Source of the DNA: an uncultured Alphaproteobacteria bacterium
GTDB taxonomy: Bacteria > Pseudomonadota > Alphaproteobacteria > RF32 > CAG-239
Length of the DNA: 60,433 nucleotides
Assembly: GCA_944393205.1 (NCBI GenBank)
Contig: CALXZI010000005.1
Span: 1-60,433, forward strand
Direction of reading: 5' to 3'
The notes under the pieces were generated by a model that saw only the letters and a program-made list of their open reading frames with translations, had not been told where the DNA came from and ran no database searches. The position numbers were made by a program, and so were the translations under genes. This document shows positions 50,950-58,369 of the stretch, piece after piece (within the stretch, counting starts at the first letter, position 1; each line of letters starts with the position of its first letter).

Positions 50950-51052
50950 AATTTTTCCCATATTTCTGCACTTTTATTGCATTATTTACTGGATATAATT
51001 TTATTTCCAAGCATTCATTGTGTTGTGTTAACCAGATAGAAAGGATACAAAC

Positions 51053-51352
51053 ATGACAACACAAAAGAAAAGCTCAAGAGCTAAGGCCACAACAAAAAAA
51101 TCAACCTCCAAAGCTAAAGTAGAAATCAAAATAGAACAGGTAGCGCTAGACCACCGCGATAAAACAGCCTTTATGGTTGTAATGCTCAGACGTCCGGAAG
51201 GTGCAACCTTAAAAGAAATGGCAGAGGCTCTTGGGGGGAAAGAAAACTCCATACGCGGTGCAATGTCGGCTTATGCAAAAAAGACCGGTGGAACCATCGC
51301 CTCTGAAAAGAAAGCAGACATCCGGACTTATTACCTTAAAACCACCGCTTAA
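51053..51352 (+). CDS. DUF3489 family protein
   Basis: MLRRPEGATLKEMAEALG..NSIRGAMS..KK.G..IASEK...RTY; GAAAGGA RBS. Confidence 0.8.
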   Translation: MTTQKKSSRAKATTKKSTSKAKVEIKIEQVALDHRDKTAFMVVMLRRPEGATLKEMAEALGGKENSIRGAMSAYAKKTGGTIASEKKADIRTYYLKTTA

Positions 51353-51367
51353 ATTACCATCCAACAG

Positions 51368-51398
51368 AAAAGGGGCTGATTATCGGCCCCTATTTTTT
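51368..51398 (+). terminator. Intrinsic terminator
   Basis: AGGGGCTGATTATCGGCCCCT hairpin followed by a T tract. Confidence 0.7.
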
Positions 51399-51494
51399 TA
51401 CTTAAAAATCAAGATGACTAACATTTTTAATCAAATATATCTCATTGATTTTCAAAATATTTCATCTAAATTCGGTCTTTTGTGGAAATTTATC

Positions 51495-51992
51495 TCACAG
51501 CTCCTTACTCAAGATATCCTGGCTTTCGGTGAGCATTTTGCGGATATACTCGTCCAAGATTGCGGAGGTTTGGTGTTCGTCGGTTCCGAGTTCGGCGGCG
51601 ATTAAGGCACCGTAGCGTACCGGGAAATCTCTCAACGCCCGACCGAGATTAAAGGCATAATTGCCGGCACGTTTACGGTCAACCATTTCACCGGTCAACA
51701 TTCGCAACTTGGCCTTCGCCAACATCGCCCGGTAATAAATATCTGCCGTTTTGGCCTGCTGAAACGTGCCCATATTGCTCATACGAACGCCACCTTGCGC
51801 CTCAAACAGCGGATCCGGTTTGCGTTGCTGTGCCGGATCGGTATTCATAAACCACTCCCGGTTTGCTTCGTCCACATCAATTTTATCATCTCTCGTTTTA
51901 TGAATACGCCCGAACTTTATCGCCGTCTGCACCGCATTCAGGTTCACCCCGCGAATACGCGCATATTCTCGCATTGATACTAATCTTCCCAT
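51495..51992 (-). CDS. Terminase small subunit (gpNu1-like)
   Basis: N-terminal wHTH SMREYARIRGVNLNAVQTAI..GRI..IDVDEA, coiled coil, directly downstream of a cos-like site. Confidence 0.7.
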   Translation of the reverse strand: MGRLVSMREYARIRGVNLNAVQTAIKFGRIHKTRDDKIDVDEANREWFMNTDPAQQRKPDPLFEAQGGVRMSNMGTFQQAKTADIYYRAMLAKAKLRMLTGEMVDRKRAGNYAFNLGRALRDFPVRYGALIAAELGTDEHQTSAILDEYIRKMLTESQDILSKEL

Positions 51993-52018
51993 TAGATTTT
52001 CCTTTCAAAACCCTAGGT

Positions 52019-52184
52019 GACCAGCCGGATTTATAAAATGACCAGCCCGCATTTTAAGGAGTTGTTACAACTATTTGATATTGCATTGTTTTTCAAAGCA
52101 CCCGACCAGCCGGAATTTTTCTGTTCAACTAGCGAAACGGCGCGGCTTGCGGCCCCGCATACGAAAAATCGTCAGGTAGGACCC
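52019..52184 (-). other. Lambda-like cos packaging site (cosQ-cosN-cosB)
   Basis: GGGTCCT-N22-GGGCCGCAAGCCGCGCCGTTTCGCTA; three GACCAGCC repeats (52019, 52040, 52104) with an IHF consensus TATCAAATAGTTG (52068-52080) between them. Confidence 0.72.
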
Positions 52185-52214
52185 ATTGGTTAGCACCGCG
52201 CCGGCATTGCAAAT

Positions 52215-52703
52215 TTACAGTTCTCGCATTCTCTTGAAGAACTTATAAATCGTCTCTTTGCTGATATGTAGCGTGCGCGACACACTGTCAATGCTTTCAC
52301 CTTCCATGATAAGTCGCATGGCCTTTTTAAGTTTCGGCGTATCGGCTCTTTCAAGAAACTCATAAGCCATCAACATCCGAACATTGTCAGTAGATGTGCT
52401 TAAATTGGCGCAAAAAAAATCCCCATCAGATTAATCAGAATCTAATGAGGATGTTAAATGTGCGCGGGTTCGCTTTCGTTTGTCCAGTAAGTGCAAGGCA
52501 TATTGACGCAGGTCATGAACCACTAATGCTTCGTCAACATCAGGGATTTCGTAAAACTTATACAAATAGTGGCATAGCATGTCCTGCGCAATATCTTCCC
52601 GGTCGTCATAGCCGAAGTACGGCGTCGACAACAATTTTTTGATTTGAGCACAGATTGTGATACGGATATACTGCGGAAATCCGTTGAAAACTTCTTTATT
52701 CAT
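52215..52703 (-). pseudogene. ECF/sigma-70-like factor with one in-frame TAA at 52433-52431
   Basis: Region-2-like DDREDIAQDML; the same frame continues past the stop to a region-4 HTH (ESIDSVSRTLHISKETIYK), TAA at 52217-52215. Confidence 0.68.
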
Positions 52704-52734
52704 GATTAATCCCTGATGTTTGAAATTTAAAACA

Positions 52735-52768
52735 AAAAACGGGGGCGGCTTTTTAAGGCCGTCCCCGG
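52735..52768 (-). terminator. Intrinsic terminator between the array and the sigma-like gene
   Basis: Minus strand GGGGACGGC-loop-GCCGCCCCCG followed by TTTTTT. Confidence 0.7.
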
Positions 52769-52806
52769 TAGTCCGAATTAAAAGTTCAGATAGTTCAAAT
52801 AGTCAC

Positions 52807-52835
52807 AAAAAAATGGGAGGTCATTCGAACCTCCC
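52807..52835 (-). terminator. Intrinsic terminator abutting the last array unit
   Basis: Minus strand GGGAGGT-TCGAATG-ACCTCCC followed by ATTTTTTT. Confidence 0.7.
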
Positions 52836-52836
52836 G

Positions 52837-53787
52837 ATCATACCAAGAAATGTATGTGTTTTTGCTAAAAATGTCTTGTAAAAAATTGTCTATACAAAAT
52901 AGTTGTTCAAAAATGCCAACACGCAAAGTAACTCATTGATAGTGCATTATATTATTTTTGAGTTATTTCTAAAGTTAAGAATTTTGCGTGCACTTACTTG
53001 CACATTATACCTCAAAAATATCTCATTTCCCGGTAAAATGTCCACTCAAAAAATGTGCACCACATTTTCATCGCCGATGATACCGTAAAACTAATTCAAT
53101 TTCCGGTAAAATGTCCAGTGCTAAGATGTTCGGAACATCTTCCCGATTATATCTCAGAATTACACCAATTTAGGGTAAAATGTCCACGAGTTTTTTGTTC
53201 GCAACATCTTTTGCAGATTATACCAGTAAATTACCTCATTTTATGCAAAAATGTCCACGACTTTTTTGTATACACAATTTCTTCCGATTATATTTGAAAT
53301 ATTGCACATTTTTGGGAAAAATGTAAACATCAAAGATGTCATTACAACTTTCTCCCGATTATACATTAAATTCTAGTCAAATTCGGTGAAAATGTTAAGT
53401 ACTTTTTTGTTCAGAACATTTTTTCCCCAATCATACTGGTATTTATAAACCATTTTGCTGAAAATGTTGCATGTTTTTTTGTTGCAACATTTTTGCTGGT
53501 TTTGTTACATCAAAATCATGAACTTCAAATACTTGGGATTAATCATGAATAGATAATAATACCAAGGTTACAAAGCCTACCGCATTATAACCTCTTTTAT
53601 AATAATTTTTTTAAGATTTGTCGCGCACTTTTTTGTCGCGACAAAATAGTTGTTAAAAGCCCGATAAATCAACCTTAAACAGCTCTTTAAAATGACAAAT
53701 CGGGAGCAATTTATTCATCGCCCCCGATTATATCCGGTTTTATAACCTAAAAATTCAAAAATGTCTCATACTTTTTTGTCTCCAACA
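52837..53787 (-). repeat. Array of ten degenerate promoter-like units; seven are tandem at 69-73 bp period
   Basis: Plus-strand AT(T/C/G)ATA at 52837, 53004, 53077, 53146, 53217, 53287, 53358, 53430, 53584, 53727, each followed by N29-TGT-N12-TGT-N4/5-ACA. Confidence 0.88.
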
Positions 53788-54158
53788 TTTTTCCCTTTGA
53801 GATAAAAGGAAATTTTTATTAACACCCGATGAAACCGTCGCCACATCTCGGCTCGCCCGTAACCGAATTCCCGGCATAAGAATTTCCAAGGAATATAGTT
53901 GGCTCGCTTCCATGCAAGCCGTCGTTCCTCCGGTTCCAAAATCGTAAACCAATCTAAAACCACGCGTTCCCATGTATCAATTTGTTCCGGGGTTGGTTGG
54001 AGTTTAGGCGGTTTACGTTCCATCAACTCCATTTCTTGCTGAGAATAGATAATCTCAAATTGCCAGCCTGAGGCTTTCGGTGGTCTGATCTTTGGCATCA
54101 TACGATCAACAAATGCCGCAGTCTGCAGGTCTTGTTTGATTTGCTCAACGGTTATCAT
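53766..54158 (-). CDS. DUF6362 family protein (putative late transcription regulator with C-terminal HTH)
   Basis: PTPEQID..W..LEPEERRLAWKRANYIPWKFLCREFGYGRAEMWRRF. Confidence 0.72.
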   Translation of the reverse strand: MITVEQIKQDLQTAAFVDRMMPKIRPPKASGWQFEIIYSQQEMELMERKPPKLQPTPEQIDTWERVVLDWFTILEPEERRLAWKRANYIPWKFLCREFGYGRAEMWRRFHRVLIKISFYLKGKNVGDKKV

Positions 54159-54823
54159 AACGCACCGCCTTTGCTGAGCTCTTTTGCGTATTCTCGCTTC
54201 AAGACCGCAACTTCAAATTCATGCAAGGAAAGTTCGTTATCTTTGCAATACCATTGCCGAACAGCCTTCTGCCAGTCACGCGCAATACACTTCTTGCCAT
54301 GCTTCCAACCGCGCTCATTGTGCCAACTGATGAAAGCCGGTATATCGATCGTTATCCCGATTTCATTACAATAACCGGCCACATCGTCCGCCGTCGGCGC
54401 TCCGATGTAGCTCAAGTTATCCACAAGAGCCGCCTCTCTTTCTCTACAATCCTTATCATTAACCTTATCAGATTCCTTCTCATTCTCCGACTCCTTCTCC
54501 TGTTGGCGACCGGTTGACGGAAACTCAATAACTTCGCTGACCGTTCGTTTAGCGTTCGCTTTGCGACGGCTGACCGCGCGTTTGGCATTTTGTGCGTTAA
54601 TTTCGCAGGTTTGACGCCATTTCTCATTGTGATTTGCAATCACTTGTTGAATCGCATCAAATCTTTTTTTATTCAGCTCCGATAATTTTATTGACGTGGC
54701 ACCGAATAAATTAAATTCACATATCGCAACAATTAAATTTGCAATCTCGCTTTTCTTAAAGTTATGCACAGAAGCAAGGAAGTCTGCCGGATAGATGATA
54801 ATTGAGTTTTTTCTATTTTCCAT
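54155..54823 (-). CDS. Phage-type replication initiator protein
   Basis: Helical N-term ending CEINAQNAKR, charged linker, C-term PTADDVAGYC..GWKHG..DWQKAVRQW; internal DnaA box at 54417-54425. Confidence 0.62.
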   Translation of the reverse strand: MENRKNSIIIYPADFLASVHNFKKSEIANLIVAICEFNLFGATSIKLSELNKKRFDAIQQVIANHNEKWRQTCEINAQNAKRAVSRRKANAKRTVSEVIEFPSTGRQQEKESENEKESDKVNDKDCREREAALVDNLSYIGAPTADDVAGYCNEIGITIDIPAFISWHNERGWKHGKKCIARDWQKAVRQWYCKDNELSLHEFEVAVLKREYAKELSKGGAL

Positions 54824-55022
54824 CGCCGCCTCCTTTTTTAAGCGTTTGCTTAATGCGCTTTAAGCCGGCCACCCATTTGTGGGCAAGCTCGGAGCGTTTA
54901 CCTTCTTCCTCAATGCGCTTTTCAAGTTCGTCCAAAGCCGTCATCTCAAGATTAAGCAGATAGGCAACCGGAATTTTGCGGATTTCTGCAGTAACGTAGT
55001 GCTTTTTATCTCTGTGAAACAT
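54813..55022 (-). CDS. Small hypothetical phage protein
   Basis: AAGGAG RBS; overlaps the rep start. Confidence 0.65.
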   Translation of the reverse strand: MFHRDKKHYVTAEIRKIPVAYLLNLEMTALDELEKRIEEEGKRSELAHKWVAGLKRIKQTLKKGGGDGK

Positions 55023-55060
55023 GTTATTTCTCCTTTTCTAAAATTCTTGTTTCACTAAGG

Positions 55061-55098
55061 AACACTCCGCAAAATCGGAAAATCGTTCGGCAAAATTT
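55061..55098 (-). promoter_or_regulatory. Conserved upstream motif copy 1 (CCGAACGATTTT..GATTTTGCGGAGTGTT)
   Basis: Near-identical to 57446-57484; both precede an RBS and ATG on the minus strand. Confidence 0.6.
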
Positions 55099-55110
55099 GA
55101 AAAAAATATA

Positions 55111-55142
55111 AAAAAATTGCCCCGGATATATTCCGAGGCGGT
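55111..55142 (-). terminator. Terminator after the recombinase
   Basis: GCCTCGGA-loop-TCCGGGGC followed by a T tract on the minus strand. Confidence 0.6.
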
Positions 55143-55157
55143 AAATGATTGATTTTC

Positions 55158-56789
55158 CTAGTCTAAAATCGTGAAGCCGAACTGTTTAACCTGATCCTCC
55201 CAAATCGGCGGGATAGTTTTACGCAATAAATTGCGCAGGTATAATTTCGGCGGTTGATGGCCTTTCAATATCGTACGGATAATTGCCGGCGATAGTGAAG
55301 TCAAGCGCAACAGCCGACCGATATGAGAAGCATCGGTATTTTCTGTGATAGCCAAATCGGCGATACTCATTTTCTTCTGATCCATCATTTTTTGATACTT
55401 AAACCCGAGACAAATTCCCTTAATCAGCTCATTATCAAAATGCGGTTCAACCTCTATATTTTCCGGCAAATGAATTTCCGTCCGACCTTTATGTTTTACA
55501 AACGGCATCGGCAAAATTGTCTGATGTCCGGTTGTTTTTTGCAACAGATGATCCGGAAGCAGGCTCAAACCTAAGTCCGTCCAGTTTATCTCCATGGTTT
55601 CGGCATTAACCGTCACACTGGTTATCATCAGGCGCATTAAAAGCAGTTGATGTCTTTCCGAAAGCTTATTAAATACCCGTTCCGGCGAGCGCAAAACTCT
55701 TAATAACTCCATTGATTTATTCGGCGCGACTTTCTCAAGCAGACCTTGAAAAACTTTCGGGTCCAAAAACAGTTGTGATACAATCTTTATCATACATTCG
55801 TCCATCGTAACCACCGGCACAGATCCGTTGGTGCATTTATGATGTCCGTACATTTTCGCCACCGTTGAGGTGTAATAATAGCGCTTCATTCCATGCGCTT
55901 GGCTGGAAGTAGGTGTCATCAATGAATGACAGCACCCGCAAGTCAAAAGACCGCGCATAATCCCGACTTCATTCTTATCATACATACAAGTGCGTTGTTT
56001 CTTCGGCTTTTCAGCCACCACATTTTGTGCCGCCTTAAAAATCTCCTCGCTGACAATGGCTTCGTGTTGTCCGTCATAAAGCACATCCTGATGTTTAATC
56101 TTGCCCATATAAATCGGGTTTTTAAGCATGCGGTCAATCGAGGCTCTGGCAAAGGTTTTCATGCCAGCTTCTTCCATCAGCTTGGATACGGCAAGTGGCG
56201 ATTTATACTCCAGATATTTTTCAAACATAAACTTGATCGCTTTGGCTTCATCAGGCTTTATAACCAGCTTGCGTTTAATCGGCTCATAACCGTACGGCAC
56301 GCAACCGCCCATCCAAGTTCCTTTCTTCTTGGAAGCGGCAACTTTATCGCGGATACGTTCTCCGCTGATTTCACGCTCGAACTGAGCAAAGGACAACAGC
56401 ATATTTAAGGTCAACCGACCCATGCTGTCGGCAGTATTAAAGTTTTGTGTTACCGAGACAAACGAACAATTATATTTATCAAAAATATCAACCATCTTGG
56501 CAAAATCGGTCAGCGAACGGGTAAGACGGTCAATTTTATAAACCACAATCATATTCACTTTGCCGGATTCAACATCTTGCAACAAACGTTTAAGTGACGG
56601 CCGGTTCATATTTCCACCGCTAAAACCGCCATCGTCATAATGCTCTTTAATCAGCACCCAGCCTTGGTGCTTTTGGCTTTTAACATAATTTTCGCCGGCC
56701 TCGCGCTGAGCCTCCAGGGTATTAAACTCTTTTTCCAAGCCTTCGTCCGTTGATTTTCTGGTATAAACCGCACACTTGATTTCTTCCAT
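55158..56789 (-). CDS. Large serine recombinase (integrase)
   Basis: CAVYTRKST, YDDGGFSGG, VYKIDRLTRS, FAQFERE, recombinase domain NPIYMG, Zn-ribbon CGCC. Confidence 0.93.
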   Translation of the reverse strand: MEEIKCAVYTRKSTDEGLEKEFNTLEAQREAGENYVKSQKHQGWVLIKEHYDDGGFSGGNMNRPSLKRLLQDVESGKVNMIVVYKIDRLTRSLTDFAKMVDIFDKYNCSFVSVTQNFNTADSMGRLTLNMLLSFAQFEREISGERIRDKVAASKKKGTWMGGCVPYGYEPIKRKLVIKPDEAKAIKFMFEKYLEYKSPLAVSKLMEEAGMKTFARASIDRMLKNPIYMGKIKHQDVLYDGQHEAIVSEEIFKAAQNVVAEKPKKQRTCMYDKNEVGIMRGLLTCGCCHSLMTPTSSQAHGMKRYYYTSTVAKMYGHHKCTNGSVPVVTMDECMIKIVSQLFLDPKVFQGLLEKVAPNKSMELLRVLRSPERVFNKLSERHQLLLMRLMITSVTVNAETMEINWTDLGLSLLPDHLLQKTTGHQTILPMPFVKHKGRTEIHLPENIEVEPHFDNELIKGICLGFKYQKMMDQKKMSIADLAITENTDASHIGRLLRLTSLSPAIIRTILKGHQPPKLYLRNLLRKTIPPIWEDQVKQFGFTILD

Positions 56790-56791
56790 CG

Positions 56792-57190
56792 CTATACTCC
56801 GAAAAATGCCTGTCCCGATATTTTGCGCCCGGTAATGGCTCTGGCCACCGCACCGAGCGATTTATAAAACTCACCGTCCATCATAAAACCGCCGTTGACA
56901 ACGCGCACTTTATAAGTTGCACCTTTGTATTTTTTCACGAGCTCAATACCGGCAACCATTTTATGCTCGCTCAATTCCTTAATTTCCATATTCTCTAACA
57001 TCCGGAGTGTTTTGTTATCCAGCCCGCCGAAGCGCATTTCCTGCAATTTGTTGGTAATGCGCCAGACATAATATTCCTTGCTGGTGGAAGTCGTCGGTAT
57101 GTTAAACAGAGCCTCGTAATATTCCTTCAGTTCAGGAAATGTGAGCGCTGGGATTTTGCGCAAGTCCACATTTAAATCCACCTTAATCAT
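56792..57190 (-). CDS. DUF2924 family protein
   Basis: LQEMRFGGL, G.ELVKKYKG, YKSLGAVARAITG..ISG.AFFG; directly upstream of the recombinase. Confidence 0.85.
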   Translation of the reverse strand: MIKVDLNVDLRKIPALTFPELKEYYEALFNIPTTSTSKEYYVWRITNKLQEMRFGGLDNKTLRMLENMEIKELSEHKMVAGIELVKKYKGATYKVRVVNGGFMMDGEFYKSLGAVARAITGRKISGQAFFGV

Positions 57191-57275
57191 CGGTTTCTCC
57201 TTTTGTGTCTTTTTCGTTGTTTTCTTCTATCAGCACCAGAACGGCACTAAATATTAAATTGATTAAATTATCCAT
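57183..57275 (-). CDS. Micro-ORF MDNLINLIFSAVLVLIEENNEKDTKGETDD
   Basis: GAGGTG RBS; stop overlaps the DUF2924 start. Confidence 0.4.
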   Translation of the reverse strand: MDNLINLIFSAVLVLIEENNEKDTKGETDD

Positions 57276-57278
57276 TGG

Positions 57279-57425
57279 TCACCTCTTGGTGACATGAACA
57301 CTCTCTTTTTCGTTATTATCCAGTAAATTAGATACTTTTCCGCCATTTTCTTGCTCATCAAGCAAAATCATCACCGGAGTTGAGAGAAGTTCAATCAAAG
57401 TTTCAAAAGCATTGTCTGTATCCAT
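57279..57425 (-). CDS. Micro-ORF (48 aa) MDTDNAFETLIELLSTPVMILLDEQENGG...
   Basis: GAAAGGA RBS, downstream of the conserved motif. Confidence 0.45.
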   Translation of the reverse strand: MDTDNAFETLIELLSTPVMILLDEQENGGKVSNLLDNNEKESVHVTKR

Positions 57426-57445
57426 TTTTTTTCCTTTCAACAGAC

Positions 57446-57484
57446 AACACTCCGCAAAATCAAAAAATCGTTCGGACTAATTTA
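57446..57484 (-). promoter_or_regulatory. Conserved upstream motif copy 2
   Basis: Near-identical to 55061-55098. Confidence 0.6.
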
Positions 57485-57761
57485 AAAATTTTTTAAGTAA
57501 CAAAAACAGGGGTTTTGAAACGCGAACAGTTGGAAATAAAAAGCCTTAGTTTTAAGCCGAATTTGGTCGGGTCTGTCCCGACCAAAAGTATCTATTTTGG
57601 TATCTTTTTTGGGAAATTGGTAAAAATAAAAAATAGATACGCGACCAGACCAGCGCATAAAAGAGCTCATAAAGTAAATGCATAGAAAATCGAAAAGTGC
57701 CGGAAAATAAGGGATATAGAGGGTATAAATTGCGCTAAAATCGCACCCGAGAATTTAAAAC

Positions 57762-57792
57762 AAAAAAACCTCTTCTTTGCGAAGAGGCTTTT
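57762..57792 (-). terminator. tRNA terminator
   Basis: CCTCTTC-GCAAA-GAAGAGG followed by TTTTTTT on the minus strand. Confidence 0.75.
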
Positions 57793-57795
57793 ATA

Positions 57796-57872
57796 TGGTG
57801 GGCGCTGATGGACTTGAACCAACGACCAGACCGTTATGAGCGGCCGGCTCTAACCAACTGAGCTAAGCGCCC
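57796..57872 (-). tRNA. tRNA with CAT anticodon, most likely tRNA-Ile2 (lysidine type)
   Basis: GGGCGCTTAGCTCAGTTGGTTAGAGCCGGCCGCTCATAACGGTCTGGTCGTTGGTTCAAGTCCATCAGCGCCCACCA folds as a cloverleaf with encoded CCA; lacks initiator features. Confidence 0.92.
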
Positions 57873-58206
57873 TTAATAATATATGTTTACCACGATTTCC
57901 GCAGTTGCCTCTTTTTTCTTCACAAGAGCCGGGCCGTAGTCGCTCCGTAAAGCTCGCCGCAGGCTCACTAACGCCGCTCCTGTCGTTTGCTCGTAACGGT
58001 TGGTTCGGTCGCTGCCGCTTTCCTCCCAACCTAACTACACTGCACCTTTCGTCAAAAAATTTGCATCCAAGCAAATTTTTTATCCTCAAGCTAACCAACT
58101 GAGCTAAGCGCCCTTAATAATATATGTTTACCACGATTTCCGCAGTTGCCTCTTTTTTCTTCACAAGAGCCAAACCGTAGTCGCTCCGTAAAGCTCGTCA
58201 CAGGTT
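57850..58206. repeat. ~115-bp direct repeat (57850-57965 and 58091-58206) duplicating the tRNA 5' 23 nt and upstream region
   Basis: CTAACCAACTGAGCTAAGCGCCCTTAATAAT...CACAAGAGCC identical in both copies, period 241 bp. Confidence 0.9.
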
Positions 58207-58369
58207 TATTAGTGAAAGTTAAACTTATGCGAGAGTGTTTGCAAAATATGTCAAATACTCATATTAGTCAAGCAAAATTATGCACATTGTAACAAAAAAC
58301 CGATGGGAATATTTTTTTTGTTTTCTTTTGTATTAAAAAGTATATAGTGCTTTTTAAGGTGAAAAGTTT

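Larger units (their letters stand above)
33617..57801. mobile_element. ~24-kb integrative, phage-satellite-like (or defective prophage) element at the tRNA-Ile2 3' end
   Basis: Large serine recombinase + DUF2924 near the tRNA; rep, DUF6362, cos, terS, DUF3489; TATGGTGG (tRNA CCACCA end) at 33617-33624 and 57794-57801, each next to a terminator; boundaries inferred. Confidence 0.7.

Noticed and set aside
50167..51039. 290-aa ORF as an independent expressed hsdS
   Set aside because: TTG start lies inside IR1 with no RBS, it has only one TRD, and the tail after 50830 is read-through into repeats
53004..53490. Ordinary sigma70 promoters (TGGACA...TATAAT) in the array
   Set aside because: The spacer is 29 nt rather than 16-19 nt
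52837..53787. CRISPR array
   Set aside because: No identical repeat alternating with unique spacers, only short motifs at fixed spacing; no cas genes in the window
57796..57872. Initiator or elongator tRNA-Met
   Set aside because: Paired G1-C72 and no GGG/CCC anticodon stem exclude the initiator; overall sequence fits Ile2 better, though an isotype model should confirm
57850..58102. 82-aa and 65-aa ORFs
   Set aside because: They overlap the tRNA or its duplicated 5' region and have no RBS or motifs
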